DNA from: Rhodospirillales bacterium
Lineage (GTDB): Bacteria > Pseudomonadota > Alphaproteobacteria > Kiloniellales > JAKSDN01
DNA length: 64,000 bases
Assembly: GCA_965225935.1 (NCBI GenBank)
Contig: CBDDCC010000013.1
Coordinates: forward strand, 517,100 to 581,099
Reading direction: 5' to 3'
Part shown: piece by piece, positions 9,436 through 23,630 of the stretch
How positions within the stretch are numbered: position 1 is the first letter of the stretch
How the letters are laid out: each line of letters starts with the position of its first letter
Position numbers and translations under genes: made by a program
The notes under the pieces: generated by a model
What the model saw: only the letters and a program-made list of their open reading frames with translations
Told to the model about the DNA's origin: nothing
Database searches by the model: none

Positions 9436-10389
9436 ATGAGGAACGAGCCTGACCAGGAAGCGGCGACGGCCATCGCCCGGGAGGTGCTAGCAGGCTCAGT
9501 CGAAGTGGCCCGCTTTCCCACCGGAATGCAACATTTCGTGTTCCTTGCGACCTCTCATGGAAAGCAAGAGGTCGTCGTGCGGATCTCGCGCCGCGACCAG
9601 CTCGAACTTGCACGGGACGCGCTCTACTGGTCCCAACGGCTCCGGCCGCTCGGCGTTCCCCTGCCGGAGGTTCTGCTCGCCGATATGACGATGGAGCGTC
9701 ACCCCTTTCCGTTCCTGATTTTAGAGCGGCTGCCGGGCCGCGACCTTGGGTTCGTAGTCGATCGACTCTCCCGTGACGAACTGAGCGGCTTGGCACGGGG
9801 GCTGGCGAGAATACAGGCGATCGTGACCGCCCTCCCGCCGGGATCGGGCTACGGCTTCACCCCGCGCCTGGAAGGTCCCTTTCCCCATCGCAGCTGGAAA
9901 AGCTCCATCGAGGCGGACATCGCACGCAGCCGTCAGCGCATTCGCGAAGCCGGCATCGTGCGGGAAGGTCATGCCGATCTGGTCGACGCAGCCTGCGAGA
10001 GCCTCGCGGACTACCTCTTGTCGGTGCCGCCGACACCATTCCTGCACGACATCACGACCAAGAACGTCATTGTTGGTGGCGTGCGCCTGAGCGGCATCGT
10101 CGACGTGGACGACCTGTGTTTCGGCGACCCGCTGTTCCTTGTCGGCCTCATCCGCATGGCACTTCTCGCGAACGGTCACAACTCGGCTTATGCCGACGCC
10201 TGGATCGAGGTGCTCCGGCCCTGTAGGGACCAGCGGAGGGCTCTAAGTTTCTATACCGCGCTCTTCGCCCTGAACTTCATGGGTGAACTCGGACATCGCT
10301 TTAATCGACAGGAGGCGGCACCTGTCGAAGCATCCTATGTCGAGAGGCTGCAGGCCCTATTGGAAGGCCATATTTCCGACCTTCACTAG
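9436..10389 (+). CDS. Aminoglycoside phosphotransferase (APH/choline kinase-like) family protein
   Basis: LERLPG, LHDITTKNV (Brenner-like motif) and GIVDVD..FGDP. Confidence 0.75.
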   Translation: MRNEPDQEAATAIAREVLAGSVEVARFPTGMQHFVFLATSHGKQEVVVRISRRDQLELARDALYWSQRLRPLGVPLPEVLLADMTMERHPFPFLILERLPGRDLGFVVDRLSRDELSGLARGLARIQAIVTALPPGSGYGFTPRLEGPFPHRSWKSSIEADIARSRQRIREAGIVREGHADLVDAACESLADYLLSVPPTPFLHDITTKNVIVGGVRLSGIVDVDDLCFGDPLFLVGLIRMALLANGHNSAYADAWIEVLRPCRDQRRALSFYTALFALNFMGELGHRFNRQEAAPVEASYVERLQALLEGHISDLH

Positions 10390-10545
10390 CGGAAAACGGT
10401 CTAGGTGTTTCAGTGATCGAGCAGCGCGGCCGGCCGTTCCTGCCGGGCCTTGTCCCACGAAGCAGCGCGGTGGATGAGCGCCGGGGTCAGATCCGGGCCG
10501 GGGCCGGGGCGCTCGCCGGGAACGCCTGTGCCTCGTCGGAAAGGA

Positions 10546-11043
10546 TCAAACCTGCGTGAGCCGCTTTCCCATCTTCACGCACGCCATGGATTGGCCCGAA
10601 GCCAGCTTGTGCTGTCCCCTTTCGCGAACCTCGTAGCCGAGGGCGCGATAGAACGGCTCAGCCGTGATAGACGAATCCATTTGCAGAAAGACAAGTCCAC
10701 GACCCAGCGCGACGCGCTCGATTTCCTGTACCAGGGCGGAGCCAACTCCTCGGTGCGAAGCCTCGGGCGCAACGTAGCACGCGCGCAATTCGTTCCTGTC
10801 TAAGACGAGGGCACCAATTCCGATGATCTTGTCGTCGGTCTCCGCCACAAGGCGGACTTCGTCGTCGGGGTTTTCGAGAAAGCGGGCGACGGTCGTTTCC
10901 GTGATGGGCAGCGGCGCCCAGCTTTCCACGACGGCGCGCGAGTAGTCCTTGGCGGCGATACCGCGCACTGAGGCACGATGCACCTCCAAGAAGGCGCGGG
11001 CATCCTCCTTGCGCATTGCGCGAACCTTGCACGGTTTCGCCAC
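10546..11043 (-). CDS. GNAT family N-acetyltransferase
   Basis: YVAPEASHRGVGSAL acetyl-CoA-binding motif and AEPFYRALGY; GTG start with GGGAGA RBS. Confidence 0.82.
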   Translation of the reverse strand: MAKPCKVRAMRKEDARAFLEVHRASVRGIAAKDYSRAVVESWAPLPITETTVARFLENPDDEVRLVAETDDKIIGIGALVLDRNELRACYVAPEASHRGVGSALVQEIERVALGRGLVFLQMDSSITAEPFYRALGYEVRERGQHKLASGQSMACVKMGKRLTQV

Positions 11044-11104
11044 AGGCGTCTCCCTCGGAAGACCAAGCCTACCAACTGGCTGGCAGGAGGGCCCTCGCCC
11101 AAGC

Positions 11105-11145
11105 AAAAGGGCCGCGCGGGGTGCGTCCCCGGCACGGCCCTCTTG
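11105..11145. terminator. Probable intrinsic terminator downstream of grxD
   Basis: AAAAGGGCCG...CGGCCCTCTT GC stem with an A-run, which is the U-tail on the minus strand. Confidence 0.5.
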
Positions 11146-11181
11146 TGTCTCTCGCGCCGGGCGGCGGCGCGGCGGCGGGCG

Positions 11182-11520
<339 letters not shown>

Positions 11521-11631
11521 CGGCCAGACCTTTCGTCTGTTGGTTACTTCCGTTTCGCATGCGCGCGGGGCGGTTCCCGCGCTTCGTCCTCGTTTCTCTT
11601 CAGTCCCTAGTGCGGCGGACTAGGGAGCGGA

Positions 11632-11871
11632 CTAGGCCTCGGGCGGGGCGGAGGTCTGCAGCGCCAGCGCGTGCAGTTCCGTGCCCATGCGCCCCTGGAG
11701 CGCCTGATAGACCATCTGGTGCTGCTGCACCCGGCTCTTGCCCCGGAAGGCGGTGGAGATCACGTAGGCCGCGTAATGGTCCCCGTCGCCGCGCAGGTCC
11801 TCGATGGTGACCTGGGCGTCGGGCAGGGCGGCCTTGATCAGCTCTTCGATCTCCGCCGGGTTCATCGCCAT
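11632..11871 (-). CDS. bolA: BolA/IbaG family protein
   Basis: GDGDHY, F.GKSRVQQHQMVY and ELHALAL motifs; adjacent to grxD. Confidence 0.92.
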   Translation of the reverse strand: MAMNPAEIEELIKAALPDAQVTIEDLRGDGDHYAAYVISTAFRGKSRVQQHQMVYQALQGRMGTELHALALQTSAPPEA

Positions 11872-11938
11872 CTCGCGGGCTCCTCCAGATCCGCCATCCA
11901 CATCCACTGCCAGCCGCCTGGGGCGGGCCGTGCCGTCT

Positions 11939-14163
<2,225 letters not shown>

Positions 14164-14167
<4 letters not shown>

Positions 14168-14853
14168 GAGAGCGCCTCGACCAGGCTGTCGAACATGAGG
14201 GCGCCGTCGGCGCCGCCGAGGATCGGGTCCGCCAGGCGTTCCGGGTGGGGCATGAGGCCGAGGATGGTCTTGGACTCGTTGTAGATGCCGGCGATGTTGT
14301 GCCGGGAGCCGTTGGGGTTGGCCCCGTCGGTCGGCTCGCCGAGGCCGTCGCAGTAGCGCAAGGCCACCTGGTCCCGGTCGTAGAGCCGCGCCAGGGTGTC
14401 GTTGTCGGCGAAGTAGTTGCCGTCGCCGTGGGCGATGGGGACGCGTATCACCTGGCCGGCCTCGTAGCGGCAGGTGAAGAGGCTCTGGCTGGTCTCGACC
14501 CTGAGCAGCACGTCTCGGCAGACGTACTTGAGGTTGGCGTTGCGCAGGAGGGCGCCGGGCAGCAGGCCGGCCTCGGTCAGCACCTGGAAGCCGTTGCAGA
14601 TGCCCAGCAGCGGCACGCCGCGCCCGGCCCGCTCCACCACCTCGCGCATCACCCGGGCGTGGGCCGCCATGGCGCCGCAACGCAGGTAGTCCCCGTGGCT
14701 GAAGCCCCCCGGCAGCACCATCAGATCGACCGGGTCGAAGTCGGCATCCTTGTGCCAGACCATCAGCGGCTCCTGGCCCATGGCCCGGCGCAGGGCCACC
14801 TGAACGTCGCGGTCGCAGTTTGAGCCGGGGAAGACGATCACCGCCGCTTTCAT
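14164..14853 (-). CDS. purQ: FGAM synthase glutaminase subunit PurQ
   Basis: [25 protein letters not shown] and MPHPER motifs. Confidence 0.97.
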
Positions 14854-14856
14854 GTC

Positions 14857-15477
14857 TCACCAGATCCTGCGGAAGGTATCGGGGTAATCCACCACGAAGC
14901 CGTCGGAGTCAACCGGAAGATCGGCGCTGTATCCGCTGGTCAGGCTTTCGTAGCGGAAGAGCCCGCCGGCGGCTTCGAGAGGCCTCAGGCAGGCGTAGCT
15001 CTGCTCGGCCGGAAAGGGCGTCAGCTCCGGCACCGGCAGGTAGACGACCCGGGTGTCGCCGATCTCGCCCGGCTCGAGGCCGAGGCGGCGAATCGGCAGC
15101 GTGTTGGTGAGCGGCGTCACCTGGATGTCCAGGTCGAGGCAGCCGTCGAGCTCGGGCACCCGCCGGCCGTCCTGGCGCCAACGCCCCTTGCCGTCGGAAG
15201 CGAGGGAGAGGCTCGACTCATGCCCGCCGCTGCCGGCCGTCCCCTCCTGGACCGCCAACGACAGCTTGCGGGTGCGCCAGTGCCGGTCGGCCTCCAGCCG
15301 GTAGTGGCAGCGCAGGGCCCGGCCGTCCCGGTAGAGCAGCACCAGGCCGTCGGCGACGACGCTGGCCTTGGTCCCGGTCCCACGCCGCGCCACCCGCACG
15401 TGCTCGCAGCCGGGCGCGTCCCAGGGCTTCCAGTAGATGTCGCGGATGAACGCCCGGTCGCCGGCTTCGCCGCCCAC
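14857..15477 (-). CDS. Putative glycolipid-binding domain protein
   Basis: [19 protein letters not shown] and [15 protein letters not shown] signature of this family. Confidence 0.75.
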   Translation of the reverse strand: MGGEAGDRAFIRDIYWKPWDAPGCEHVRVARRGTGTKASVVADGLVLLYRDGRALRCHYRLEADRHWRTRKLSLAVQEGTAGSGGHESSLSLASDGKGRWRQDGRRVPELDGCLDLDIQVTPLTNTLPIRRLGLEPGEIGDTRVVYLPVPELTPFPAEQSYACLRPLEAAGGLFRYESLTSGYSADLPVDSDGFVVDYPDTFRRIW

Positions 15478-15484
15478 GCCAGGC

Positions 15485-15727
15485 TCAGGCCCCCAGCTCG
15501 ATCGCGTAGTCCTCGATCACCGTGTTGGCCAGCAGCTTGCGGCACATGTCCTCGACCCGGGCCTGGGCCCGCTCCCGGTCGGCCTCGTCGATCTCCAGGT
15601 CGATCACCTTGCCCTGGCGCACCTCGTCCACCCCCTCGAACCCGAGGGCGGCGAGGGCGTTGGCGATGGCCTTGCCCTGGGGGTCCAGGACGCCCCGCTT
15701 CAGGGTCACGTGCACGCGCGCTTTCAT
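15485..15727 (-). CDS. purS: FGAM synthase subunit PurS
   Basis: LK.GVLDPQGKAI, VRQGK and LLANTVIEDY motifs. Confidence 0.96.
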   Translation of the reverse strand: MKARVHVTLKRGVLDPQGKAIANALAALGFEGVDEVRQGKVIDLEIDEADRERAQARVEDMCRKLLANTVIEDYAIELGA

Positions 15728-15863
15728 GGACGCTGTTCCGCTGACAGGGTTCCGGCTCGGGGCTATCGCGGGCCGTCCGGGACGGCCCGCGAGTGACGCA
15801 GACCCTAGCGACGGGCCGACGGCTTTACAAGATGCGGGGCGGGGATACCGCCGGCCGCCGGGC

Positions 15864-16625
15864 CTACTGCATCACCTTGGGGCCCTTGATGTCGATGGGT
15901 CCGGCCTCGGGCAGTACGCCGAGGCGGCGCGCCACCTCCTGGTAGGCCTCCTCGACGCTGCCGAGATCGCGGCGGAAGCGGTCCTTGTCCAGCTTCTCGT
16001 CGGTCTGCAGGTCCCAGAGCCGGCAGGAATCGGGGCTGATCTCGTCGGCCAGCACGATGCGCATGTCCTCGTCGTCCCAGAGCCGGCCGAACTCCAGGCG
16101 GAAGTCCACCAGGCGCACGCCGACGCCGCGGAAGAGGCCGCTCAGGAAGTCGTTGATCCTAAGGGAGAGCTGCATCATGTCGTCGATGTCCTGGGTCGCG
16201 GCCCAGCCGAAGGCGGTGATGTGCTCCTCGCAGACCAACGGGTTCCCGAGCTCGTCGTTCTTCAGATAGAACTCGACGATCGAGCGCGGCAGGGGCGTGC
16301 CCTCCTCGAGGCCGAAGCGCTTGCAGATGGAGCCTGCCGCCACGTTGCGCACCGCCACCCCGACCGGGATGATCTCGACCTGGCGGACGAGCTGCTCGCG
16401 CATGTTGAGGCGGCGCACGAAATGGGTCGGGATGCCGATCTCGGCCAGGCGCACCATGAGATACTCGGAGATGCGGTTGTTCAGCACGCCCTTGCCGGTG
16501 ATGACGCCCTGCTTGCGGTTGTTGTCGGCGCTGGCGTCGTCCTTGAAGTACTGCACCAGGGTTCCGGGCTCGGGGCCCTCGAAGAGGACCTTGGCCTTGC
16601 CCTCGTAGATGCGTCTGCGTCTCAT
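15864..16625 (-). CDS. purC: SAICAR synthetase
   Basis: [33 protein letters not shown] and DKDRFR motifs. Confidence 0.96.
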   Translation of the reverse strand: MRRRRIYEGKAKVLFEGPEPGTLVQYFKDDASADNNRKQGVITGKGVLNNRISEYLMVRLAEIGIPTHFVRRLNMREQLVRQVEIIPVGVAVRNVAAGSICKRFGLEEGTPLPRSIVEFYLKNDELGNPLVCEEHITAFGWAATQDIDDMMQLSLRINDFLSGLFRGVGVRLVDFRLEFGRLWDDEDMRIVLADEISPDSCRLWDLQTDEKLDKDRFRRDLGSVEEAYQEVARRLGVLPEAGPIDIKGPKVMQ

Positions 16626-16815
16626 CCTGTCACCCGAGGTTTGCGGGCCGGATCCGGATTTCCCGGCGACTTGGCCCTCGACGCTCCCGACCCCAGCGTC
16701 CGAAGCATCATATAGCAATTGCCCGGCACGCCGACAATGCGGGCCCGGAGCCTTGGCCCGGGCCTCCGGGACATACCGGCGAGCCCTGAAAAATGATTAG
16801 CCCGGCAAATGAAAA

Positions 16816-17598
16816 TCAAATGTTAATGGATTGAAATTCCGCGATATCCGGGCGGCCGGGCGCGAACAGCCAGACCGGCTTGCGCTCGCCTTCGCCGTAG
16901 CGCCCAGCCCGCGAAGGGAGCGCGATCAGCGAGGAGGAGACGGTGCCGAAGCCGGTGTCGGAGACCACGGTCATGGCGGCGTAGGGACTCTCGTCGGCCT
17001 TCTCGTCGGCCCCGGTCCGGCGGCTCGCCAGGATCTCCTGCCAGGCCGTCCAGTCGCCGCGTTCGGGATCGGGCTCCGCCGCTTCGCGGAAGCGCGGCAG
17101 GTGGGTGCGGATGCGCGCGCTCGTGGGGTCGTCCAGGTCCCGCTCGGTCAGCATCGAGAGGCCCGCCAGCGGCGCGTCGACCTCGATCCGGCCGGGGCCG
17201 TCCTCGCCCCGGTTGCGCAGCCAGAAGCAGTCGCGATCGTCGCCGATCACCAGGTTGAAGGTGCGATAGGCCCGCGGGTCGAGGTGCAGCAGGGCCTCCG
17301 CGGCCGTCTCGGCGTCGGCGTGGTCGAGGGCCTCCAGAACCAGCTCGCCGCGGCTGCGCTTGCCCGCCTCGGGACCGAGGGAGTCGCGCCGGTTGAGGAC
17401 GGCCGCCACCACGCCGTCGTCGTTGAGGCCGAGCCAGGTGCCGCCGGCCAGCTCGTCGCGCCCGGCCAGCACCTGCGGCCGGTCGGGCCAGTGGCGCGCC
17501 GGCGGCTGCCAGGGCCGGTCCACCATCTCGTCGCGGTTGGCGGCGAGCAGCAGCGGCCAGTCGTGATCGGGGCGGCGCAGGATGACCAGGGTGCACAT
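16816..17598 (-). CDS. NRDE/TANGO2 family protein
   Basis: MC start, ANRDE, GGTWLG, SRGELV and GT.SSS motifs. Confidence 0.9.
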   Translation of the reverse strand: MCTLVILRRPDHDWPLLLAANRDEMVDRPWQPPARHWPDRPQVLAGRDELAGGTWLGLNDDGVVAAVLNRRDSLGPEAGKRSRGELVLEALDHADAETAAEALLHLDPRAYRTFNLVIGDDRDCFWLRNRGEDGPGRIEVDAPLAGLSMLTERDLDDPTSARIRTHLPRFREAAEPDPERGDWTAWQEILASRRTGADEKADESPYAAMTVVSDTGFGTVSSSLIALPSRAGRYGEGERKPVWLFAPGRPDIAEFQSINI

Positions 17599-17750
17599 GC
17601 TCTTGCCGGGATGCTTTGCCGGGTTAGACTGCCGGAGCAGCGGCCGTGAACGGTTCCACTCCGGGCGGCCAGGGTCTATAACGGGGCCCCGCGATAGCAT
17701 TGCCGCATGCGGATGGCAACGCTGCCAATGGAGCCAAGGGGAGGCGTGGG

Positions 17751-18065
17751 ATGACGACCTTCAAGGACCGCGAAAAGGCCTTCGAGGACAAGTACAAGCA
17801 CGATCAGGACCTGCAGTTCCGGGTCGAGGTGCGGCGCAACAAGCTGCTGGGAATCTGGGCGGCCGAGCTCCTAGGGCGTGACGACGCGGATGCCTACGCC
17901 AAGGAGGTGGTGGCGGCCGACTTCGAGGAGCCGGGCGACGACGACGTGGTGGCCAAGGTGCTGGGCGACCTGCAGGACGCCGGCGTCGACATGTCGGAGC
18001 ACCGCCTGCGTCACAAGATGGACGAGCTGCTGGCCGTGGCCAAGGAGCAGGTCATGCAGGAGTAG
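17751..18065 (+). CDS. DUF1476 protein, alphaproteobacterial F1Fo ATPase inhibitor zeta subunit
   Basis: MTTF.DRE.AFE.K..HD...F....RRNKLLG.WAA pattern typical of the zeta subunit. Confidence 0.88.
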   Translation: MTTFKDREKAFEDKYKHDQDLQFRVEVRRNKLLGIWAAELLGRDDADAYAKEVVAADFEEPGDDDVVAKVLGDLQDAGVDMSEHRLRHKMDELLAVAKEQVMQE

Positions 18066-18244
18066 GACGCGGCGTCGGGGTCCATTGGGCCTTTACGCGG
18101 GCCTTTGCACAACCCTTGAAGTGCGCCCCTGAAGTGCTGAGAAACAGCGTTAGAGAATTTCTATAATACGCTGATATTTTTGAACAAATAGACGCTTGCC
18201 AGCTTTAAAGCGACACATGAAGTGCGGCGCCGGGCCCAGCGCAC

Positions 18245-19546
<1,302 letters not shown>

Positions 19547-19754
19547 CCGCGGGCTCGGCTCACCTCGGGGTCGGGCGGGCGGCTAACGAACGCCCGGCAG
19601 GCGGGATTGTCAAGAGCGGGTGGGCGGCGCCCCGGCGACCGCGGCCGGGCCGTAGCGCGATGGCGCGAGCGGCGCCGAAGCCGCTAGACTGGCGCCTTTC
19701 GGGCGAGCGGCCGGACCCCCGGCGCGAGGCGCTTGCCGGAGGGGAGGCCGGGCC

Positions 19755-21806
19755 ATGGAAGAGTCCCGCTACGAGGTGCTGTTCGAGCCGGTGAAGATCG
19801 GCCCGGTGACGGCGCCCAACCGCTTCTACCAGGTGCCCCACTGCACCGGCATGGGCTGGTACCTGCCCAAGACCCTGGCCGCCATGCGGGGCGTCAAGGC
19901 CGAGGGCGGCTGGGGCGTGGTCTGCACCGAATACTGCTCCATGCACCCGACGTCCGACGACTCGCCGATGCCCTATGCCGCCCTCTGGGACAGCGACGAC
20001 GTGAAGGCCCTGGCCCTCATGACGGAGGCGGTGCATGCCCAGGGATCGCTCGCCGGGGTCGAGCTGTGGCATGGCGGCACCAGCACGCTCAACCTCCTCA
20101 GCCGGCTGCCGACGCTCGGCGTGACGAGCCGTCTCTATCCCTTCTCCAGCAGCGATCCGGTCCAGGCCCGGCCGATGGACAAGGCCGATATCCGCGACCT
20201 GCGGCGCTGGCAGGCGGCGGCGGCCCGGCGCGCCGTCGAGGCGGAGTTCGACATCGTCTATGTGTACGCCTCCCACGGCTATCTGCTCTCGGAGTTCCTC
20301 TCGCCGGGGCTCAACCAGCGCAGCGACGAGTACGGCGGCTCGCTGGAGAACCGGGCGCGCATCGTGCGCGAGCTGATCGAGGAGACCCGCGAGGCCGTTG
20401 CCGGGCGCGCGGCCATCGCCTGCCGCTACCAGTTGGGCGTGCGGGAGCACGGCCCCTCCCATGATGAGGACTCCCGGGAGGCTTTCGCCCTGCTCTCCGA
20501 GCTGCCTGATCTCTGGGACATCGTGGTGCCGCCCTACGAGACCGAAATGGGCAGCTCCCGCTTCGTGCGCGAAGCGGCCCAGGAGGCGGCGGTCGCCTTC
20601 GTGAAGGGCGCGACCTCGAAGCCGGTGGTGGGCGTCGGACGCTTCACCTCTCCGGACACCATGCTGCGCCAGGTGAAGAAGGGCGTGCTCGACCTGATCG
20701 GCGCGGCCAGGCCCTCGATCGCCGACCCCTTCCTGCCCGCGAAGATCCGGGAGGGCCGCATCGAGGACATCCGCGAGTGTATCGGCTGCAACATCTGCTA
20801 CGCCCACAACTCGCGGGGCGTGCCGATCCGCTGCACCCAGAACCCGGCCATGGGAGAGGAGTGGCGCCTCGGCTGGCACCCGGAGCGCATCCCGCCGGCC
20901 CACGCCGAGGAGAGCGTGCTGGTGGTGGGCGGCGGCCCGGCGGGGCTCGAGGCGGCGCGGGCCCTGGGCCAGCGGGGCTACCGCGTGACCCTGGCCGAGG
21001 CCGGCGCCGAGCTAGGCGGCCGGGTGAGCCGCGAGAGCCGCCTGCCGGGTCTGGCCGAATGGGCGCGGGTGCGCGACTGGCGGCTCGGCCAGCTCACCAA
21101 GCTGGCCAACGTGGAGACCTACCTGGAGAGCCGCCTCGGTCCCGAGCAAGTGCTCGACTTCGGCTTCCGGCACGTGATCCTGGCGACCGGCGCGCGCTGG
21201 GGCCGGGACGGGGCCGGGCGCTGGCGCAGCACCCCCTTCGCGGGCTGGCGGGACGAGCGGGTCTTCACCCCAGACGACGTCATGGAGGGCCGCCTGCCCG
21301 ACGGGCCGGTGCTGCTCTACGACGACGACAACTACTACATGGGGCCGGTCCTGGCGCTCCGCCTGCGCGCCGCCTGCCTGCCTGTGACCTTCGCCACCAA
21401 CGAGGGCCGGGCCGGCAACTGGAGCCGCTACACCGCCGAGCAGGAGTTCGCCAACGCAGCGCTGATCGAGGCGGACGTGGAGATCGTGACGAACCACGTC
21501 CTCGACGGCTTCGACGGGGCCGAGGCGCGGCTGGCCTGCGTCTTCACGGGCCGCACCGTGACGCGCCCGGCCGCGGCCGTGCTGGTGGTCTCGGGCCGCC
21601 AGCCCAACGATGAACTCTACCGGGCGCTCGCGGCGGATCCGGCGCGCCTGGCGGAGAAGGGCATTGCCAGCCTCTCGCGCATCGGCGACTGCGCGGCCCC
21701 CGGCACCATCGCGGCGGCCGTCTACGCCGGCCACCGGGCGGCGCGCCTGCTGGGGGAGGATCCGGAGATGGCCGAACGGGTCCCGCGCGAGCGACCGGCC
21801 CTCTGA
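19755..21806 (+). CDS. Trimethylamine/histamine dehydrogenase-like iron-sulfur flavoprotein
   Basis: NRFYQVPHC (Cys for 6-S-cysteinyl-FMN), KAEGGW, CIGCNIC...C [4Fe-4S] motif, GGGPAG Rossmann fold. Confidence 0.88.
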   Translation: MEESRYEVLFEPVKIGPVTAPNRFYQVPHCTGMGWYLPKTLAAMRGVKAEGGWGVVCTEYCSMHPTSDDSPMPYAALWDSDDVKALALMTEAVHAQGSLAGVELWHGGTSTLNLLSRLPTLGVTSRLYPFSSSDPVQARPMDKADIRDLRRWQAAAARRAVEAEFDIVYVYASHGYLLSEFLSPGLNQRSDEYGGSLENRARIVRELIEETREAVAGRAAIACRYQLGVREHGPSHDEDSREAFALLSELPDLWDIVVPPYETEMGSSRFVREAAQEAAVAFVKGATSKPVVGVGRFTSPDTMLRQVKKGVLDLIGAARPSIADPFLPAKIREGRIEDIRECIGCNICYAHNSRGVPIRCTQNPAMGEEWRLGWHPERIPPAHAEESVLVVGGGPAGLEAARALGQRGYRVTLAEAGAELGGRVSRESRLPGLAEWARVRDWRLGQLTKLANVETYLESRLGPEQVLDFGFRHVILATGARWGRDGAGRWRSTPFAGWRDERVFTPDDVMEGRLPDGPVLLYDDDNYYMGPVLALRLRAACLPVTFATNEGRAGNWSRYTAEQEFANAALIEADVEIVTNHVLDGFDGAEARLACVFTGRTVTRPAAAVLVVSGRQPNDELYRALAADPARLAEKGIASLSRIGDCAAPGTIAAAVYAGHRAARLLGEDPEMAERVPRERPAL

Positions 21807-21833
21807 GGCGCGGGACTCAACTCCGCGCCCGGG

Positions 21834-23276
21834 TCAGCGCCGCGCTGGGGTCTCGTCCAGGAAGGCCCTGACCTCGGTCATGAAGCGCGCCCAGGCGGGC
21901 TCGTCGGGCAGGATCAGGTGGTTGGGGCTCTCCAGGGGCACGAAGCGCGCGCCGGGGATGCTTGTGGCGAAGAGGCGGCCCTGGTCGAACGGCGCCACGG
22001 CGTCGTCGCGGCAATGGAGCACCAGGGTCGGCGCGCTGACCTGCGGCAGCAGGCCGCTCACGTCTATGGTGCTGAAGGCGTCGTGCAGCCGCGCGGCGTT
22101 GTCCGGGGAGGTGCACTTGCGCTGCAGCTCGTTGTGCCAGCGGATCTGCTCGGACGTGCCCTCGGGAATGAAGAGCGTGGTGAAGACCTGGCGAAAGGCC
22201 GGATTGTCCTGGCCCCAGCCCTGGCGGATCAGGGTTCCCGCCGCCTCGCGCCAGGCGATCTCCTTGGGGTCGGAGCGGGCCCGCCAGCCCTGGGCGTAGC
22301 CGCCGTAGATGACCATGCGGCTGACCCGCTCGGGATGGCGCACGGCGTAGGCGACCGAAACCGCCGCGCCCTGGGAGATGCCCAGGAGCGCGAAGCGCTC
22401 GAGCCCGACCGCGTCCACCACCGTCTCCAGGTCGCTCACCAGGGCCTCGAAGCTGAGCTCCTCCACCTCCCAGTCCGAGAGGCCGTTGGCCCGCTCGTCG
22501 TAGCGCACGAACTGGTGGTCCCGGGCCAGCTCGCCGACCCAGTGGCGCCAGATCGGGCTCTCCCAGTCGTACTCCAGGTGGTTCATCCAGTTGGCGGCCT
22601 TTACCAGCGGCGGGCCCTCGCCGACGGTGGCGTAGGCGATGCGCACGCCGTCGGCGGTGGTGCAGAAGCGGATGTCCTGGGAGAGCCTCTCTGCCCCGCC
22701 GGGCGCACCGCGGGAGCCACCGGCCCGCGCGCTGGCGCCGTCGCGACCTTCCGCGGCGTCGCCGCCCGGGCTGAGCCGGTAGACCTGGACCCGGCCGGCG
22801 ATGTTCTTCAGCTCCCGGCGGCCCAGGTCCTCGAAGGCCAGGCTGGTCTTGCCCTGGACCTGGCGGTAGACGTCCTCGGAGACGCAGATGCCGCCGGGCT
22901 CGGCGAGCGCCTGCAGGCGTGCCGCCAGGTTGACGCCGTCGCCGTAGACGTCGCTCTCCTCGACGATGACGTCCCCCAGGTTGATGCCGATGCGGAAGGC
23001 CAGGCGCTCGGCCTCGCCGAGGCTCTCGTTGCGGGCCTCCATGCCCTCCTGGATCGCCACCGCGCACTCGACCGCGGCGACGACGCTTGCGAACTCGGCC
23101 AGGAGGCCGTCGCCCATGAGCTTGAAGATCCGGCCGCCATGGTCGGCGATCTTGGGGCCGATCAGCTCCTCGCGGTGCGCTTTCAGCCTGGCGTGCGTTC
23201 CGGCCTCGTCCGCGCCCATGAGGCGCGTGTAGCCGGCCACGTCTGCGGCCAGGATCGCGGCGAGACGGCGTTCCAT
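21834..23276 (-). CDS. Class III adenylate/guanylate cyclase fused to an alpha/beta hydrolase
   Basis: AADV, MGDG and GDGVNLAARL cyclase motifs; GISQG, DDAV and NH hydrolase triad. Confidence 0.88.
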   Translation of the reverse strand: MERRLAAILAADVAGYTRLMGADEAGTHARLKAHREELIGPKIADHGGRIFKLMGDGLLAEFASVVAAVECAVAIQEGMEARNESLGEAERLAFRIGINLGDVIVEESDVYGDGVNLAARLQALAEPGGICVSEDVYRQVQGKTSLAFEDLGRRELKNIAGRVQVYRLSPGGDAAEGRDGASARAGGSRGAPGGAERLSQDIRFCTTADGVRIAYATVGEGPPLVKAANWMNHLEYDWESPIWRHWVGELARDHQFVRYDERANGLSDWEVEELSFEALVSDLETVVDAVGLERFALLGISQGAAVSVAYAVRHPERVSRMVIYGGYAQGWRARSDPKEIAWREAAGTLIRQGWGQDNPAFRQVFTTLFIPEGTSEQIRWHNELQRKCTSPDNAARLHDAFSTIDVSGLLPQVSAPTLVLHCRDDAVAPFDQGRLFATSIPGARFVPLESPNHLILPDEPAWARFMTEVRAFLDETPARR

Positions 23277-23414
23277 GGCGCCACTATAGCAGCACTATAG
23301 CAGACAGTGGCGCGGCTCGGCGGCGTCGTCCCCGGTGCGGCGCGCGTGCCCTCGATGCGAGCCTGGATGCGCGCGTCCGGCCAGGCGGTCGTGCGGCGAA
23401 GGGAGCGGCTTTCG

Positions 23415-23630
23415 CTACCTGCCGGTCGACAGTGCCTTGTGTCCGTTCACCCCGTTCACCTGGCGGTTCCGGCGCACGAAGTCCGTGGCCAGGTCGCCCG
23501 ACAAGGCCGTGCTGCCGCAGCGCGGGCATTCCACCGAGGGTCCGAGGTTTCGCACGATGAAGACGTGCTCGTCCGACTTGTGGTTACAGAGAATGACGTA
23601 GCCTTCGGTAATCTTCGCGTCGATCAGCAT
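23415..23630 (-). CDS. Small hypothetical protein with a putative Zn ribbon
   Basis: C.HK..EH and CPRCG motifs; AT-rich promoter-like region upstream. Confidence 0.5.
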   Translation of the reverse strand: MLIDAKITEGYVILCNHKSDEHVFIVRNLGPSVECPRCGSTALSGDLATDFVRRNRQVNGVNGHKALSTGR

